From positions 288,001 through 352,000 of the forward strand of contig OY781066.1 in the NCBI GenBank assembly GCA_963676395.1: a stretch of DNA of 64,000 bases, in the 5' to 3' direction. Every line of letters begins with the position of its first letter. Position 1 is the first letter of the stretch. Below the pieces are notes generated by a model that saw nothing but the letters and a program-made list of their open reading frames with translations, was not told the DNA's origin and made no database searches. Of the stretch, positions 20,348 through 32,356 are shown one piece after another. The stretch is from a bacterium. Its GTDB lineage: Bacteria; Fidelibacterota; Fidelibacteria; Fidelibacterales; Fidelibacteraceae. A program made the translations under genes and the position numbers.

Positions 20348-22771
20348 TTAATCATGCACCACACGGATAACATCTCCCATCATACCGCTGGCGGTTACTA
20401 ATGCACCCGCCCCGGCTCCTTTTATAACTAAGGGGTTAATTGGATAACGATCAGAATAAATGGCAACGATATTATCGGGTCCCGAAAGGTGGAAAAACGG
20501 GTGTTCATTACCTATCTCACGCAAAGCGATCTTGATTCCTTTCGGAGTTACTTCTGCGATATAGCGTAATACTTTATTTTCTTTATCCAGTCTTTGTAAA
20601 CGTTCTTTCCATTTGTTATCATCTTTAGCTAACAAATCCATTGCTTCATCAATGCTGTTTGCTTTTGCGCAAGCTTCTGAGATCAGTGGTTCGGGAATAG
20701 AATCTATCATTTCGGGTTCACAGCCGATCTCTCGTGCCAAAATCAATGCCTTCCTGGCTACATCCATTCCCCCAAGATCTTCTCGGGGATCCGGTTCGGT
20801 AAATCCCTGTTCTTTGGCAAAAAGCACCGTTTCCGAAAATGTACTTTCTAAAGAAAACGTATTAAATAAATATGACAAAGTCCCTGAAAGAATTGCCTCG
20901 ATCTTGTTGATCTTATCACCGGTTTCCAGCATACTTTGCAAGGTGGATATCACCGGTAATCCGGCCCCCACAGTTGCTTCATAACGATATTTTACTCCAT
21001 AACTCTGTGCTGTATGTTTTAATTCACGATAATAATTCATATCTCGTGTATTCGCTATCTTATTTGGGGTAACCAACGAGGCTCCCGCCGATAATATATC
21101 TTTGTATCTCAAAGCAATGTCGGCAGACGCCGTGCAATCAAGACAAAGCTTTGAGCGAGTCGGATCATTCTTGATGGCTTTAATAAATTCTTCAATTTTG
21201 GCTTCTTTACCCTTTGCTTCCAAAGCACCCAAAACACGTTCAGTGTTTAATCCGCTGGCGCGAAGTAACATCTTGCGCGAATTTGTGATCCCATTAAGTT
21301 GCAAATCGGAATCTTTTAGCAGATCAACAAATGCCGATGCTACCAATCCGCTACCGATACAGTATACCGCAGTCTTTTCCTTTATGGGAAAAAGAGCCCT
21401 ATGCAATGCATTAATCGCACGTTCTGTATCTTCGGCATCGATAACAACTGAAATATTTCTTTCGGAAGACCCCTGTGATATAGCTTTAACATTGATCCGT
21501 TTACGACCAAAAGCCGAAAATATTTCTGCTGCGATCCCGGGTTTATGACGCATTTTATCACCCACAACAGCAATAATTGCCGTATTTTTTTCCGGTGTTA
21601 CCGAATCAATTAACCCTGCTTCGATCTCAAGCTTAAAGGCTTCGTGAATAGCTTCTACGGCTGCATCAGCCTTATCCGCATCAATGGCAAAACAAATACT
21701 GTGCTCAGATGATGCTTGAGTAATAAGAATAATATTAATTTCATGTACGGCAAGACAGTCAAACAATCGCGCCGAAATCCCTCTAACACCCACCATACCG
21801 GATCCCTGTATTCGAAGAAGAGCTATATTATCAATGGAAGCGATACCGGTTGCGTGGTATTCGGCATCTGTCGCTTCACTTGAGATCAACGTGCCCATTT
21901 CTTCCGGTTTAAATGAATTCCGAATGCGTATGGGTATGTTTTTCTTCATCGCCGGAATCATCGTCGGTGGAAAAATTACTCTAGCACCAAAATGCGATAA
22001 TTCACTGGCATCCTCATAAGATATAACAGGTATGGCAAATGCATCGGGAGCAATTCTAGGATCTGCTGTCATCACCCCACTCACATCCGTCCAAATCACG
22101 ATTTCATCGGCATGTAAGGCCGATGCCAATATTGCAGCTGTATAATCTGAACCTGAGCGACCCAATGTGGTTGTTTCACCATTCTTTGCAGATGCGATAA
22201 AACCCGTACAAATATAATTCCCGGCATGCTCGTTAAAATAGTCCTGAATTCTTAAATCACTTTCATCAAAATCAACTCGCGCTTCACCATGCTTACCATC
22301 CGTTAGAATAAAATCTCGTGAATCACAGGGCAGAAAGTCTACGCCCTTGGAGCGCAATGCGAAAGATATCAAAACCGACGAAGCTCTTTCCCCGCAGCTC
22401 ATTACCAGATCACGAGTTCTGGCCGTTTCTTCCCGAAGTAAAAACATCCCGTCCAAGGTATCTCTTAATTCATGAAATATATCCGACATAGATTTCAGGG
22501 CGTCTTTACGATAATCCGGTGTCACCAAAGAAAATACGATCTGTTCATGCCGGGATATCAAATCATTTAATATCCCTTTATATGCCGGATCCCCCAGCTT
22601 TGCCAAAGCACATAAGTCAATCAAATCATTGGTCGCTCCTCCCAATGCCGAAACAACCGTGATCAAGCGCTCACCTTCATGATAAGAATTTTCAATAATC
22701 GTCAAAGCTCTCTGAATACATTCAGAATCCGCCAGTGACGACCCTCCAAATTTAATAATCTTTGTTTTCAT
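20348..22771 (-). CDS. thrA: Bifunctional aspartokinase/homoserine dehydrogenase I
   Basis: KFGGSS, TLGRSGSDYTA, two ACT domains (QASSEHSI, QGSSERNI), EATVGAGLP, EPDPREDLGGMDVARK. Confidence 0.96.
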   Translation of the reverse strand: MKTKIIKFGGSSLADSECIQRALTIIENSYHEGERLITVVSALGGATNDLIDLCALAKLGDPAYKGILNDLISRHEQIVFSLVTPDYRKDALKSMSDIFHELRDTLDGMFLLREETARTRDLVMSCGERASSVLISFALRSKGVDFLPCDSRDFILTDGKHGEARVDFDESDLRIQDYFNEHAGNYICTGFIASAKNGETTTLGRSGSDYTAAILASALHADEIVIWTDVSGVMTADPRIAPDAFAIPVISYEDASELSHFGARVIFPPTMIPAMKKNIPIRIRNSFKPEEMGTLISSEATDAEYHATGIASIDNIALLRIQGSGMVGVRGISARLFDCLAVHEINIILITQASSEHSICFAIDADKADAAVEAIHEAFKLEIEAGLIDSVTPEKNTAIIAVVGDKMRHKPGIAAEIFSAFGRKRINVKAISQGSSERNISVVIDAEDTERAINALHRALFPIKEKTAVYCIGSGLVASAFVDLLKDSDLQLNGITNSRKMLLRASGLNTERVLGALEAKGKEAKIEEFIKAIKNDPTRSKLCLDCTASADIALRYKDILSAGASLVTPNKIANTRDMNYYRELKHTAQSYGVKYRYEATVGAGLPVISTLQSMLETGDKINKIEAILSGTLSYLFNTFSLESTFSETVLFAKEQGFTEPDPREDLGGMDVARKALILAREIGCEPEMIDSIPEPLISEACAKANSIDEAMDLLAKDDNKWKERLQRLDKENKVLRYIAEVTPKGIKIALREIGNEHPFFHLSGPDNIVAIYSDRYPINPLVIKGAGAGALVTASGMMGDVIRVVHD

Positions 22772-23011
22772 CTTTTTCCAAACTTTTTTACCCCCTTATT
22801 TTATACAATTATTCGTTATATTCAAATGATTTTTGAATATTTATTGGCATTATCGCAAATATTAGCAATATTTATGTATATTTTACACATATTCACCTAA
22901 ATTTAAAATTCAAAACTTTAAATATTGATCCAAAAGTCCTCTATTTATAAATATGTGCTGGCAATGGTTTTTCTACCGTAACTTTATCGTAAAAGGAAAT
23001 CATCACAAATT

Positions 23012-23040
23012 AAAAAGGGTCGACACACAGGTCGACCCCT
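23012..23040 (-). terminator. Terminator after T9SS cargo gene
   Basis: GGGTCGAC...GTCGACCC stem with T tail on the minus strand. Confidence 0.7.
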
Positions 23041-23061
23041 TCAATAATATTTAATAATAAT

Positions 23062-24042
23062 TTATTTCATCAGAACAATCTTTTGTGAGCTTATCACATT
23101 ACCCGCAAGCAATTTGACAATATAAACACCTGAGGGCATATTGGCGGCGTTCCAGACTAATTCATAAGCCCCCGCAGGATGCTCACCCCTATATAATGTT
23201 TCGATTAATTCACCAGAGGTGTTATATATACACAAATCTACATTACTAACGGCTGACAGCTGATAGCTGATAGCTGTGCTTGGATTAAATGGATTAGGAT
23301 AAGCTTTATTCAATACAAAATCTACCGCTTCTACGGTAGCAGAAACGTCAACACTGACTGTTTCGTGAACTTTCTCAACACCGGCGTAAGAAACATCGGC
23401 AAGAGCGTATTCATGTACACCGGGAGTTACGGCATTATCAACAACTTTGTAGTCATTACTTTCACTTGTTGTACCTGCACCATCAACTTGGGCAATCGCA
23501 TCACCGTCGCGATATACAATAAAATGTGAGTTTTCAGTTTCGGAACCGGTTGTCCACATAACTTCAACTATGCCATTTTTAGCTTTGGCGGTAAAGGATG
23601 CTAGAGTGATAGGGGTGCCAAAATCATTTACAGTAAGAAATGATGATACTTGCCCCGCAAAATCAGTCGTCGATTCGTCCCATTCAGCACTACCGTTATT
23701 ATGATAATCAAAGCCGTCTTTTGTCATTTTAAACACATAATAAAATACACCGGTAGTATCAGAAAAATCAACAACAGTTGAACACCTCTTATTAGTTCCC
23801 TCGCCATCTTCAACCCAAGGAATATCAATCCAAATCCAACCACTTCCATTTGTTGATTTACCATATCCCAAAGTTGTACTGGTCCAGCCTCCTTCACCCC
23901 ATTCGACTGCAAAAGTATATAAACCAGCGTTAATAGTATCATTTTCTTCAGCCTGCCAAACATCATATCTATGAGACCACGGTGCTGCAAAAACTAATGA
24001 TGTCAGCATTAAAACCATTAATATTGTTAACAACTTTTTCAT
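23062..24042 (-). CDS. Secreted T9SS cargo protein (Trp-rich N-terminal domain, PITLASF Ig-like domain, CTD)
   Basis: Signal peptide; PITLASFTA...WTTGSETEN...GAGT domain; AYPNPFNP...SGVYIVKL...KIVLMK. Confidence 0.82.
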   Translation of the reverse strand: MKKLLTILMVLMLTSLVFAAPWSHRYDVWQAEENDTINAGLYTFAVEWGEGGWTSTTLGYGKSTNGSGWIWIDIPWVEDGEGTNKRCSTVVDFSDTTGVFYYVFKMTKDGFDYHNNGSAEWDESTTDFAGQVSSFLTVNDFGTPITLASFTAKAKNGIVEVMWTTGSETENSHFIVYRDGDAIAQVDGAGTTSESNDYKVVDNAVTPGVHEYALADVSYAGVEKVHETVSVDVSATVEAVDFVLNKAYPNPFNPSTAISYQLSAVSNVDLCIYNTSGELIETLYRGEHPAGAYELVWNAANMPSGVYIVKLLAGNVISSQKIVLMK

Positions 24043-24200
24043 ATTTTCCCCTTATTTCTCAAAAATATATCTACAAGTATCATATTTTATGAGTGTTAAA
24101 GGTATTGCGCAAGAAAAAAATATATCGTCAACACTAAGTAACCTGTATACAGTAATTCGTTTATTCGATTATCCGCACCCTTACATCAACACTTAATAAG

Positions 24201-25295
24201 CTATTTCATAAGAACAATCTTTTGATCAACGCTTGCCATATCCGTTATCATTCGTACAACATATATCCCCGAAGGAAAAACTGAAGCATTCCATTTAAAT
24301 CCATAATGACCTTTGTTTAAATATCCTTTATACAACTCATCTATCAATTTCCCTTGAATATCATATATTTTCAATTCACAGTTCGTTGCGTTTTCAATCT
24401 CTACACTTAACACAGTTAATACATTAAATGGGTTAGGTTTAACATTTAATTTTGGTTTAAAGGCATTTCCAATATTAACCCTAAGCGAATCTAAAAGATA
24501 TATTTTCCCAGCATAATCAACATCATAAAGCTTATAAATATAATCCCCAATAGTAATATCCGCATCATTATACTCATAATACTGTTTTATATTACTCGTT
24601 CCCGCGCCGGGAATGCGTGCAATACAATCGCCATTGCGTTCAAGAATAAAAGATAAATTTTCACTTTCGCTACAAGTTTGCCAAGACAAATTAATACATT
24701 GATCCAATTCTCTTGCTGTAAAAAAATCTAAAGCTAATGAAGTTGAGCTTTCGGTATCCATCTCTACTGTAAAGTTTGCGATCATATCCTGATCATCAGG
24801 ACAAATATAACATTTGCATAAAGTATCACCGGCAATACCAAGCACTGTAGCATTAATATATATTTCCAACTCATACTCACCGGTATCCAAAGGCAAAGAA
24901 AACAAAGGAATCTCTTCTTCAAAAAAAAATGAGACATACCAATATCCTGATGCATGTTGATGCACCCCCTCACATATTGGATTTAAATATATCCATTCTT
25001 TTTGACTATCTTCTTGACGATAATATCGATAAGAATAAATGAAAGAAAGCAAAGAATCGCCTTCATCAATGATTATCGTAACAGGATGATGTAATATCCA
25101 TAATTGTTCGTCAGAATCAAATGTCGCTATATGATTGCCGGAAAAAGTATTTGTTCCACGGTTATTAATAACCCAATATCCCGAGAAACTCGGTTCAGCA
25201 ATACCATAAAAAATAGTTTGATTTCCAAACTCAATTTTCGTTGCCCACAATAAAGACAAACAAAGAAATAACATGAAAAAAAGTTTCTTTTTCAT
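24201..25295 (-). CDS. Secreted T9SS cargo protein, C-terminal half paralogous to 23062-24042
   Basis: Signal peptide; LDFFTA...WQTCSESEN...GAGT; KPNPFN...SGIYVVRM...KIVLMK. Confidence 0.8.
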   Translation of the reverse strand: MKKKLFFMLFLCLSLLWATKIEFGNQTIFYGIAEPSFSGYWVINNRGTNTFSGNHIATFDSDEQLWILHHPVTIIIDEGDSLLSFIYSYRYYRQEDSQKEWIYLNPICEGVHQHASGYWYVSFFFEEEIPLFSLPLDTGEYELEIYINATVLGIAGDTLCKCYICPDDQDMIANFTVEMDTESSTSLALDFFTARELDQCINLSWQTCSESENLSFILERNGDCIARIPGAGTSNIKQYYEYNDADITIGDYIYKLYDVDYAGKIYLLDSLRVNIGNAFKPKLNVKPNPFNVLTVLSVEIENATNCELKIYDIQGKLIDELYKGYLNKGHYGFKWNASVFPSGIYVVRMITDMASVDQKIVLMK

Positions 25296-25560
25296 AACGT
25301 CCCCCAGAATTTGTTATGCCATATTATACTGATTTTCAAGCAATATCAAGGTCGATTTTTCAAGTGTGATCCAGGTCACATTTTTTAATTAAAAATTGAT
25401 AGTTAAAATTTAAATAATAGCTTTACGATGGTATGAAATTTTATTGAACGTATAGGCTCAACGGCAAATATTCACTGTCTATCTCTAAGCTCTCAGTACA
25501 TACAATAAAAAAGCCCCGATTCCCCGGAGCTTCTACATATATCAATAATATATCTACGTT

Positions 25561-26682
25561 CTACGTTTTACGATTTACAACATTATACTTTGCAACCGAC
25601 TTATGGTACTCAGCTTTATAGTCTTGTTGTGCCAGATAATATCGATACCAGTCACTACGATCAAAATCATTTAGTGGAATCGCTTCCTTAAATATCTTTT
25701 TGGTATTCATGCGCGACTTATAATTCTTAAAAGCATTCTCAAGCCAATAGTGTTTATTATAGACGATATCATGATCATTCGTATCAAACAGTTCATGCTC
25801 AAGAAAATATTGTTTCCAGAACTCATCCGTGTCCTCGCGGGATACATTCTTGACAAGGTGATTAAAAAAGTCGGCGTCTTCAATATTTTCAGTTTCCTCA
25901 CCACCAAAATCCGGAAATACTTTTAAAAATTCCTCAATCAGAATTTTAAATTTTTCAAAGGCTTCTTTATATCGTTGAGAGTTTATAATTAATCCCGAGG
26001 GTACAAATTCCGGTAATTGATTTTTTACGGCAACATCATACTCATAACTCCATTCTACCGATGGAAGATCAGGAACCGTTCCAACGCGACTATGACTATA
26101 CATAGGCAATATTCTTGCTAAGGTTTTAGAATGCAATTTCGGATAATTAGCAATAAACTTTGCAAGAAATCTATCACCCTTACCACTGATGGTTTCCATA
26201 TTTATACGAAATCGTCTAATCCGATTCCCTCGACTTACAACGCCACTGAATCCCTGATGGGCATAGGCATCCCCCAAAACATGAAGTATAATCCCCAAAT
26301 GAAAAGGGCTCTTCATGGCATATTTATTTTCAAGGAACTCTTTTAATATCGGCGAGTCCGGATGTGTACGAATACGCCTGTTAAAATCACCCCCTTCGCA
26401 TGAAGGGATAAAATGAAAGGGAACAAGAGTTCTCATCATCTTAGATTGATTGTAACTCCACACGGTCATGATATGTGGACAGGTAGAACAATCGTCCAAT
26501 CCCGAATTAAAGCCTATCTTTTGCAGCTCAACATTCTTAGGATATTCTTTAAAAAGAACTCTTTCTATAAGCGCATCATCAACCATTTCAGAAGAATATG
26601 CAACCTGAGAAGCGATCTTCTTCTTCATTCCAAGAAGTCTGCATAGCGCCAATACGGCATAATAATGCGAACCTTTTTCCAT
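25561..26682 (-). CDS. DUF6765-like protein (putative zinc-dependent phospholipase C/P1 nuclease-fold)
   Basis: N-terminal HYY, VDDA, PFHFIP and HVLGDAYAHQGF motifs; family assignment from memory. Confidence 0.6.
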   Translation of the reverse strand: MEKGSHYYAVLALCRLLGMKKKIASQVAYSSEMVDDALIERVLFKEYPKNVELQKIGFNSGLDDCSTCPHIMTVWSYNQSKMMRTLVPFHFIPSCEGGDFNRRIRTHPDSPILKEFLENKYAMKSPFHLGIILHVLGDAYAHQGFSGVVSRGNRIRRFRINMETISGKGDRFLAKFIANYPKLHSKTLARILPMYSHSRVGTVPDLPSVEWSYEYDVAVKNQLPEFVPSGLIINSQRYKEAFEKFKILIEEFLKVFPDFGGEETENIEDADFFNHLVKNVSREDTDEFWKQYFLEHELFDTNDHDIVYNKHYWLENAFKNYKSRMNTKKIFKEAIPLNDFDRSDWYRYYLAQQDYKAEYHKSVAKYNVVNRKT

Positions 26683-26820
26683 ACATGAATATAATTGAGA
26701 ATCCGAACAGGAGAAAGGAGAATTTATTATCAATTATTAGGGGTTCAAATTCAGCGGTCTGAACGATTTTCATGTACGCTTTGACTATTATTAGTGAGAA
26801 AAAAAATACAGGACAACAAA

Positions 26821-27858
26821 ATGGAAAAGAAAAAACGAATATTATTAACGGGTGCTGCAGGAACGGTGGGATACGAGGTACTTAAACAAGTGGATGAAAG
26901 TAAATATGATTTAACTCTCTTTGACCTTGAAACGAAAAAAAATAAACGAAAATTTCGACCTTTTTCAAAGACATATAACATTATTTATGGCGATATCTCT
27001 AAACTGCATGATATTGCAAAGGCATGTAAAGATCAGGATATTGTGATCCACCTGGCGGCGATTATCCCTCCTCTTGCAGATGAAAAACCCGGATTGACCC
27101 AACGAATAAATTTTAAAGGCACCCAAAATCTCATCGAAGCGCTTAATTATCATTCTCCCAACGCATTCCTTCTTTTTGCCTCCTCCATCTCAGTATATGG
27201 TGACCGTTTAAGCACACCCGAGATCCGTGTTGGCGATACCCTGAAAGCCAGTGAAGGTGATCACTATGCCAATACAAAAATTAAAACCGAGCAATTGATC
27301 AAAGAATCGGCATTAAAATGGAGTATTTTTCGTTTAAGTGCTATCATGGGAGTAAAAAACCACAAAATATCTCCCCTGATGTTCCACCAGCCTCTTGACA
27401 CAAAAATGGAAATATGCACACCGGCAGATACGGCCCGGGCTTTTGTACATGCCATTGAAAAACTCCCTCAACTGGAATCGAAGGTCTTTAATCTTGGTGG
27501 CGGTAAAAATTGTCGCATTGAATATAAAAATTTCCTAATCCGTGCATTTAAGCTTTATGGCCTCGGTAAAGTTAATTTTCCCAAGAATGCTTTTGCGCGT
27601 CGCAACTTTCACTGTGGATACTACATGGACGGTGATGAGCTTGAAAACATCTTACATTTCAGGCAAGATACTCTTGAATCATATTTTTCTAAAGTCCAAA
27701 ATGCCATTCCGGCCATACAACGCTTTTTTACAAAAATATTTTCTCCCCTAATCAAACAACACCTGACAAATCTTTCGGAACCTCTCAAAGCCCTGCAAAC
27801 AAGCAATATACCATTGACATATCGTTTTTTTGGTGTCATGTTATCTTCTGAATTATAA
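26821..27858 (+). CDS. NAD(P)-dependent epimerase/dehydratase (extended SDR)
   Basis: TGAAGTVG, HLAA, ASSISVYG, YANTK. Confidence 0.88.
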   Translation: MEKKKRILLTGAAGTVGYEVLKQVDESKYDLTLFDLETKKNKRKFRPFSKTYNIIYGDISKLHDIAKACKDQDIVIHLAAIIPPLADEKPGLTQRINFKGTQNLIEALNYHSPNAFLLFASSISVYGDRLSTPEIRVGDTLKASEGDHYANTKIKTEQLIKESALKWSIFRLSAIMGVKNHKISPLMFHQPLDTKMEICTPADTARAFVHAIEKLPQLESKVFNLGGGKNCRIEYKNFLIRAFKLYGLGKVNFPKNAFARRNFHCGYYMDGDELENILHFRQDTLESYFSKVQNAIPAIQRFFTKIFSPLIKQHLTNLSEPLKALQTSNIPLTYRFFGVMLSSEL

Positions 27859-28061
27859 ATTATTTACAAAGCGGCATGATCAGAATATGGGTTGAACATA
27901 CTTTTAAAGTGAAGTAATATATTTCACTAAATCAATTATCAATTTTCACATCTTAATAATTTACCTCGAAAATTTCAACCCAAGCTCACATCCTTCCTCC
28001 TTTTTAATTTTACTTTTTACTTAAACTTAAGTATATTTAGTGTTTTGAAGAAAAGGAAGAT

Positions 28062-28955
28062 ATGAAACGATTCTTACTCACATCTTGGTTATTGATATTG
28101 CTTCTACTGGGAACCTCATGCGGAGTGAATGATTACTTTATTGGAGATTTTGAGGTCGTTGCTCAGGATCTTGAGTTTCCCGAGGGCTTAGCCATTTATG
28201 ATAATCATTTGGTTTTTTCTAACTGTTACGGGGGTTGGATCGCATCAATAAAAGATAATAACTGCGATACCTTACTCAATCGTGAGGACGGGTTGGTTAA
28301 TACAAACGGTACCGCCTTTGACCCGTATGGAAATCTATACATCTGTGAGTATGGAAAAGGAATGATCTTACGTTATAATAAGCAAGGAGAACTTGATACC
28401 TTAAGTTCTAAAGATCATAATGGAAAACGTTTTAATCGACCTAATGATATTGCCTTTGGGCCTTCCGGCATGATATACTTCACCGATCCAAAAAGCTACG
28501 ATGAACAAATCTATGATGGTCGCATTTTTATAGTGGATCCAAATACTGGAAAAACCCAATGGCTGGTTGAAGGTCTACAATTCCCTAATGGTATTTGTTT
28601 TTCCCCTGATGGAAAAACCATGTATATCGGCGAATCGGTAAATAAAAATATTTTAGCTCTAAATCAAAGCGTCGGCATTCTTGATACACTTATCACCCTT
28701 CCCGGCGGTAAGCAAGATCCCGATGGAATAGATGTTGACGAAAACGGCAATTTATATATCGCCTATTTCGGTGGTGGAAAGATCTTTGTCGTTTCACCTA
28801 AAGGTGAAATACTCGATAGCCTTCAAACGCCCGGTTCACGCCCCTCGAATATTGAATTTGGCGGATTCGACATGCGTACACTTTATATCAGTGAATGTGA
28901 AACAAATAAAGTTTACAGCATTAAAACGAGAATACCTGGACACGTAAAAAAATAA
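28062..28955 (+). CDS. SMP-30/gluconolactonase/LRE family lipoprotein
   Basis: Lipobox LGTSC; FPEG, RPND, YFTDP, FPNG, PDG beta-propeller motifs. Confidence 0.88.
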   Translation: MKRFLLTSWLLILLLLGTSCGVNDYFIGDFEVVAQDLEFPEGLAIYDNHLVFSNCYGGWIASIKDNNCDTLLNREDGLVNTNGTAFDPYGNLYICEYGKGMILRYNKQGELDTLSSKDHNGKRFNRPNDIAFGPSGMIYFTDPKSYDEQIYDGRIFIVDPNTGKTQWLVEGLQFPNGICFSPDGKTMYIGESVNKNILALNQSVGILDTLITLPGGKQDPDGIDVDENGNLYIAYFGGGKIFVVSPKGEILDSLQTPGSRPSNIEFGGFDMRTLYISECETNKVYSIKTRIPGHVKK

Positions 28956-28965
28956 AGGAACATAC

Positions 28966-29904
28966 ATGAGTAAACACAAAAAAATCATCATTATCGGATC
29001 AGGACCTTCAGGTCTGACAGCAGCTATCTATGCGGCACGTGCAGGATTAGCACCTCTTATCTTCGAAGGCGCTCAGCCCGGTGGTCAGTTAACCACTACC
29101 ACAGAGATCGAGAACTTCCCCGGCTTCCCGGGTGGAATTACCGGCCCGGAATTAATGGATCAAATGCGCGAACAAGCGCTTAAATTTGGAGCTGACAGTC
29201 AGTATAAAACCATCGTAGACGTCGACCTGAGTTCAAGACCTTTTAAAATCAAAGATGATGAAGAAAATGAATACACGGCGGATACAGTGATCATCTCCAC
29301 AGGTGCCTCCGCCAAATATCTGGGCTTGGAATCTGAAAGTAAACTTAAGGGTTTTGGTGTGTCTGCCTGTGCTACCTGCGACGGTTTTTTCTATAAAGAA
29401 AAAGATATTGTAGTTGTTGGTGGTGGTGATACGGCTTTAGAAGAAGCACTATATCTAACCCATTTCGGTAAAACCGTAACACTTATTCATCGCCGTGATG
29501 AATTCCGTGCATCAAAATTTATGGCCGAAAAAGTCAAAAATCATGAAAAGATCACCATTAAATGGAATTCAGTTGTAGATGAAGTACTAGGTGAACCCGG
29601 TCCAGTAGGTGTTACCGGTGTCCGTATTAAAAATGTAAAAACCGGTACTACCGAAGATCTGCCCGCTGCGGGTTTCTTTGTGGCCATTGGTCATCATCCA
29701 AACTCAGATCTTTTCAAAGGTGTGATCAACACGGACGAAATCGGGTACATCAAAACACTGTCAAATAGCAGTAAAACAAATATCGAAGGTGTTTTTGCCT
29801 GCGGCGATGTTCAAGATCCCAATTACCGTCAAGCCATTACCGCCGCCGGTTCTGGCTGTCAGGCTGCCATGGATGCGGAGCGTTTTCTAACCGAAAACGA
29901 ATAA
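28966..29904 (+). CDS. trxB: Thioredoxin-disulfide reductase
   Basis: GSGPSG, GGQL, CATCDG, GGGDTA, HRRD, GDV..YRQAITAAG. Confidence 0.97.
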   Translation: MSKHKKIIIIGSGPSGLTAAIYAARAGLAPLIFEGAQPGGQLTTTTEIENFPGFPGGITGPELMDQMREQALKFGADSQYKTIVDVDLSSRPFKIKDDEENEYTADTVIISTGASAKYLGLESESKLKGFGVSACATCDGFFYKEKDIVVVGGGDTALEEALYLTHFGKTVTLIHRRDEFRASKFMAEKVKNHEKITIKWNSVVDEVLGEPGPVGVTGVRIKNVKTGTTEDLPAAGFFVAIGHHPNSDLFKGVINTDEIGYIKTLSNSSKTNIEGVFACGDVQDPNYRQAITAAGSGCQAAMDAERFLTENE

Positions 29905-29960
29905 TCGATTGAGTAATGTACCTCATTTTCAATTGATTTACTCTTAAGCTTGGCTTTTAG

Positions 29961-31319
<1,359 letters not shown>

Positions 31320-31335
31320 GTTAATTTTTATATTA

Positions 31336-31367
31336 AGAGCGGAAGGAACTTTTCTTTCCGCTCTTTT
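31336..31367 (+). terminator. Terminator after eno
   Basis: AAGAGCGGAAGGA...TCTTTCCGCTCTT followed by T-rich tail. Confidence 0.75.
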
Positions 31368-31378
31368 CTTTTATTATT

Positions 31379-31717
31379 ATGGTTGTTCACAATAAAGATA
31401 AACAAAAAGCATTCAATTCATCAGCCAGGCTCAAAGTCATCATACTGCTGATCCTTCTGTGTTTTGCTTTTCTTTTATTGAACAATAACGGGCTTGTCTA
31501 CCTGTTTAAAGCAAAACAAAAGAATACCGAGCTCATCGAAAAAAAAATGGAACTCGAGAGCAAAGAAGAAAATTTGCTCAATGAGAAAGAAATGTTACAA
31601 AGCGATAAAAAGCATATCGAAAAAAAAGCGCGCGAGCAATACAACATGGTTAAGCCCGGTGAAAAAGTCTATAAAGTCATCGAAGAAGAAGACTTTCACA
31701 ATCGAACACAAGACTAA
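31379..31717 (+). CDS. ftsB: Septum formation initiator FtsB/DivIC
   Basis: TM helix, coiled coil, IEKKAREQYNMVKPGE; typical eno-ftsB synteny. Confidence 0.85.
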   Translation: MVVHNKDKQKAFNSSARLKVIILLILLCFAFLLLNNNGLVYLFKAKQKNTELIEKKMELESKEENLLNEKEMLQSDKKHIEKKAREQYNMVKPGEKVYKVIEEEDFHNRTQD

Positions 31718-31739
31718 TTAATAATTAGAAGTGAAGGTA

Positions 31740-31769
31740 AAGTCGAGGCATGATGCCTGGGCTTTTTTT
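31740..31769 (+). terminator. Terminator after ftsB
   Basis: AAGTCGAGGCAT-G-ATGCCTGGGCTT stem followed by T run. Confidence 0.65.
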
Positions 31770-31936
31770 TATCACACATAATCCCACATATTTATTCTCA
31801 ATTTAATTCTTAACTCTCAATTCTCATTTTTCAGTTAATAAACTTTCCCCTTTTTACATTTAACTTTTTACTTCGCTTTTGCCTTTTGCCCTTTGCCATT
31901 TGCCATTTTTTATATTATCTTTCTCGCGGTGAGGAA

Positions 31937-32356
31937 ATGCTTATGAAGGGTTTCGAAAAAGAAAGAAAAAAGAAGTTAACAACCCCAACCTGGGGCAAAC
32001 CGTTCTTCTTTATGCTGATACTTGGTTCTACCGTTATTCTTTTGCTTATCCTTACACTTCTAAATAATAATCAATTCAAACTCGAAAACATTCTACCTGC
32101 TACTATTACGTTGATCAATGCCATTATAGCTTATTTGGTCACAAAAAAAGAACAAGGGAAACGTACATATCAAAAAATGATGAATGATATAAAAATTTGG
32201 ACCATTGTTCGTTTTGTTGTTATGGCAGTAGCAATCGTTTTACCCATTGTTTTTAATCTGGTTGAAGCGTTACCTTTTGTATTCTCGTTTATTGGTTTTT
32301 ATATCATGCATCAGATCATTATGATCATTGTGTTACAAAAAGAAGCAAATTCATGA
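31937..32356 (+). CDS. Four-TM membrane protein (AtpI-like topology), function unknown
   Basis: GAGG RBS before ATG; four hydrophobic segments; ATGA overlap with the antiporter. Confidence 0.65.
   Translation: MLMKGFEKERKKKLTTPTWGKPFFFMLILGSTVILLLILTLLNNNQFKLENILPATITLINAIIAYLVTKKEQGKRTYQKMMNDIKIWTIVRFVVMAVAIVLPIVFNLVEALPFVFSFIGFYIMHQIIMIIVLQKEANS

Noticed and set aside
31795..31910. Heptamer-like runs (TTTGCCA/TTTGCCC; also AATTGAC at 60726-60756)
   Set aside because: Short degenerate low-complexity intergenic repeats with no further structure
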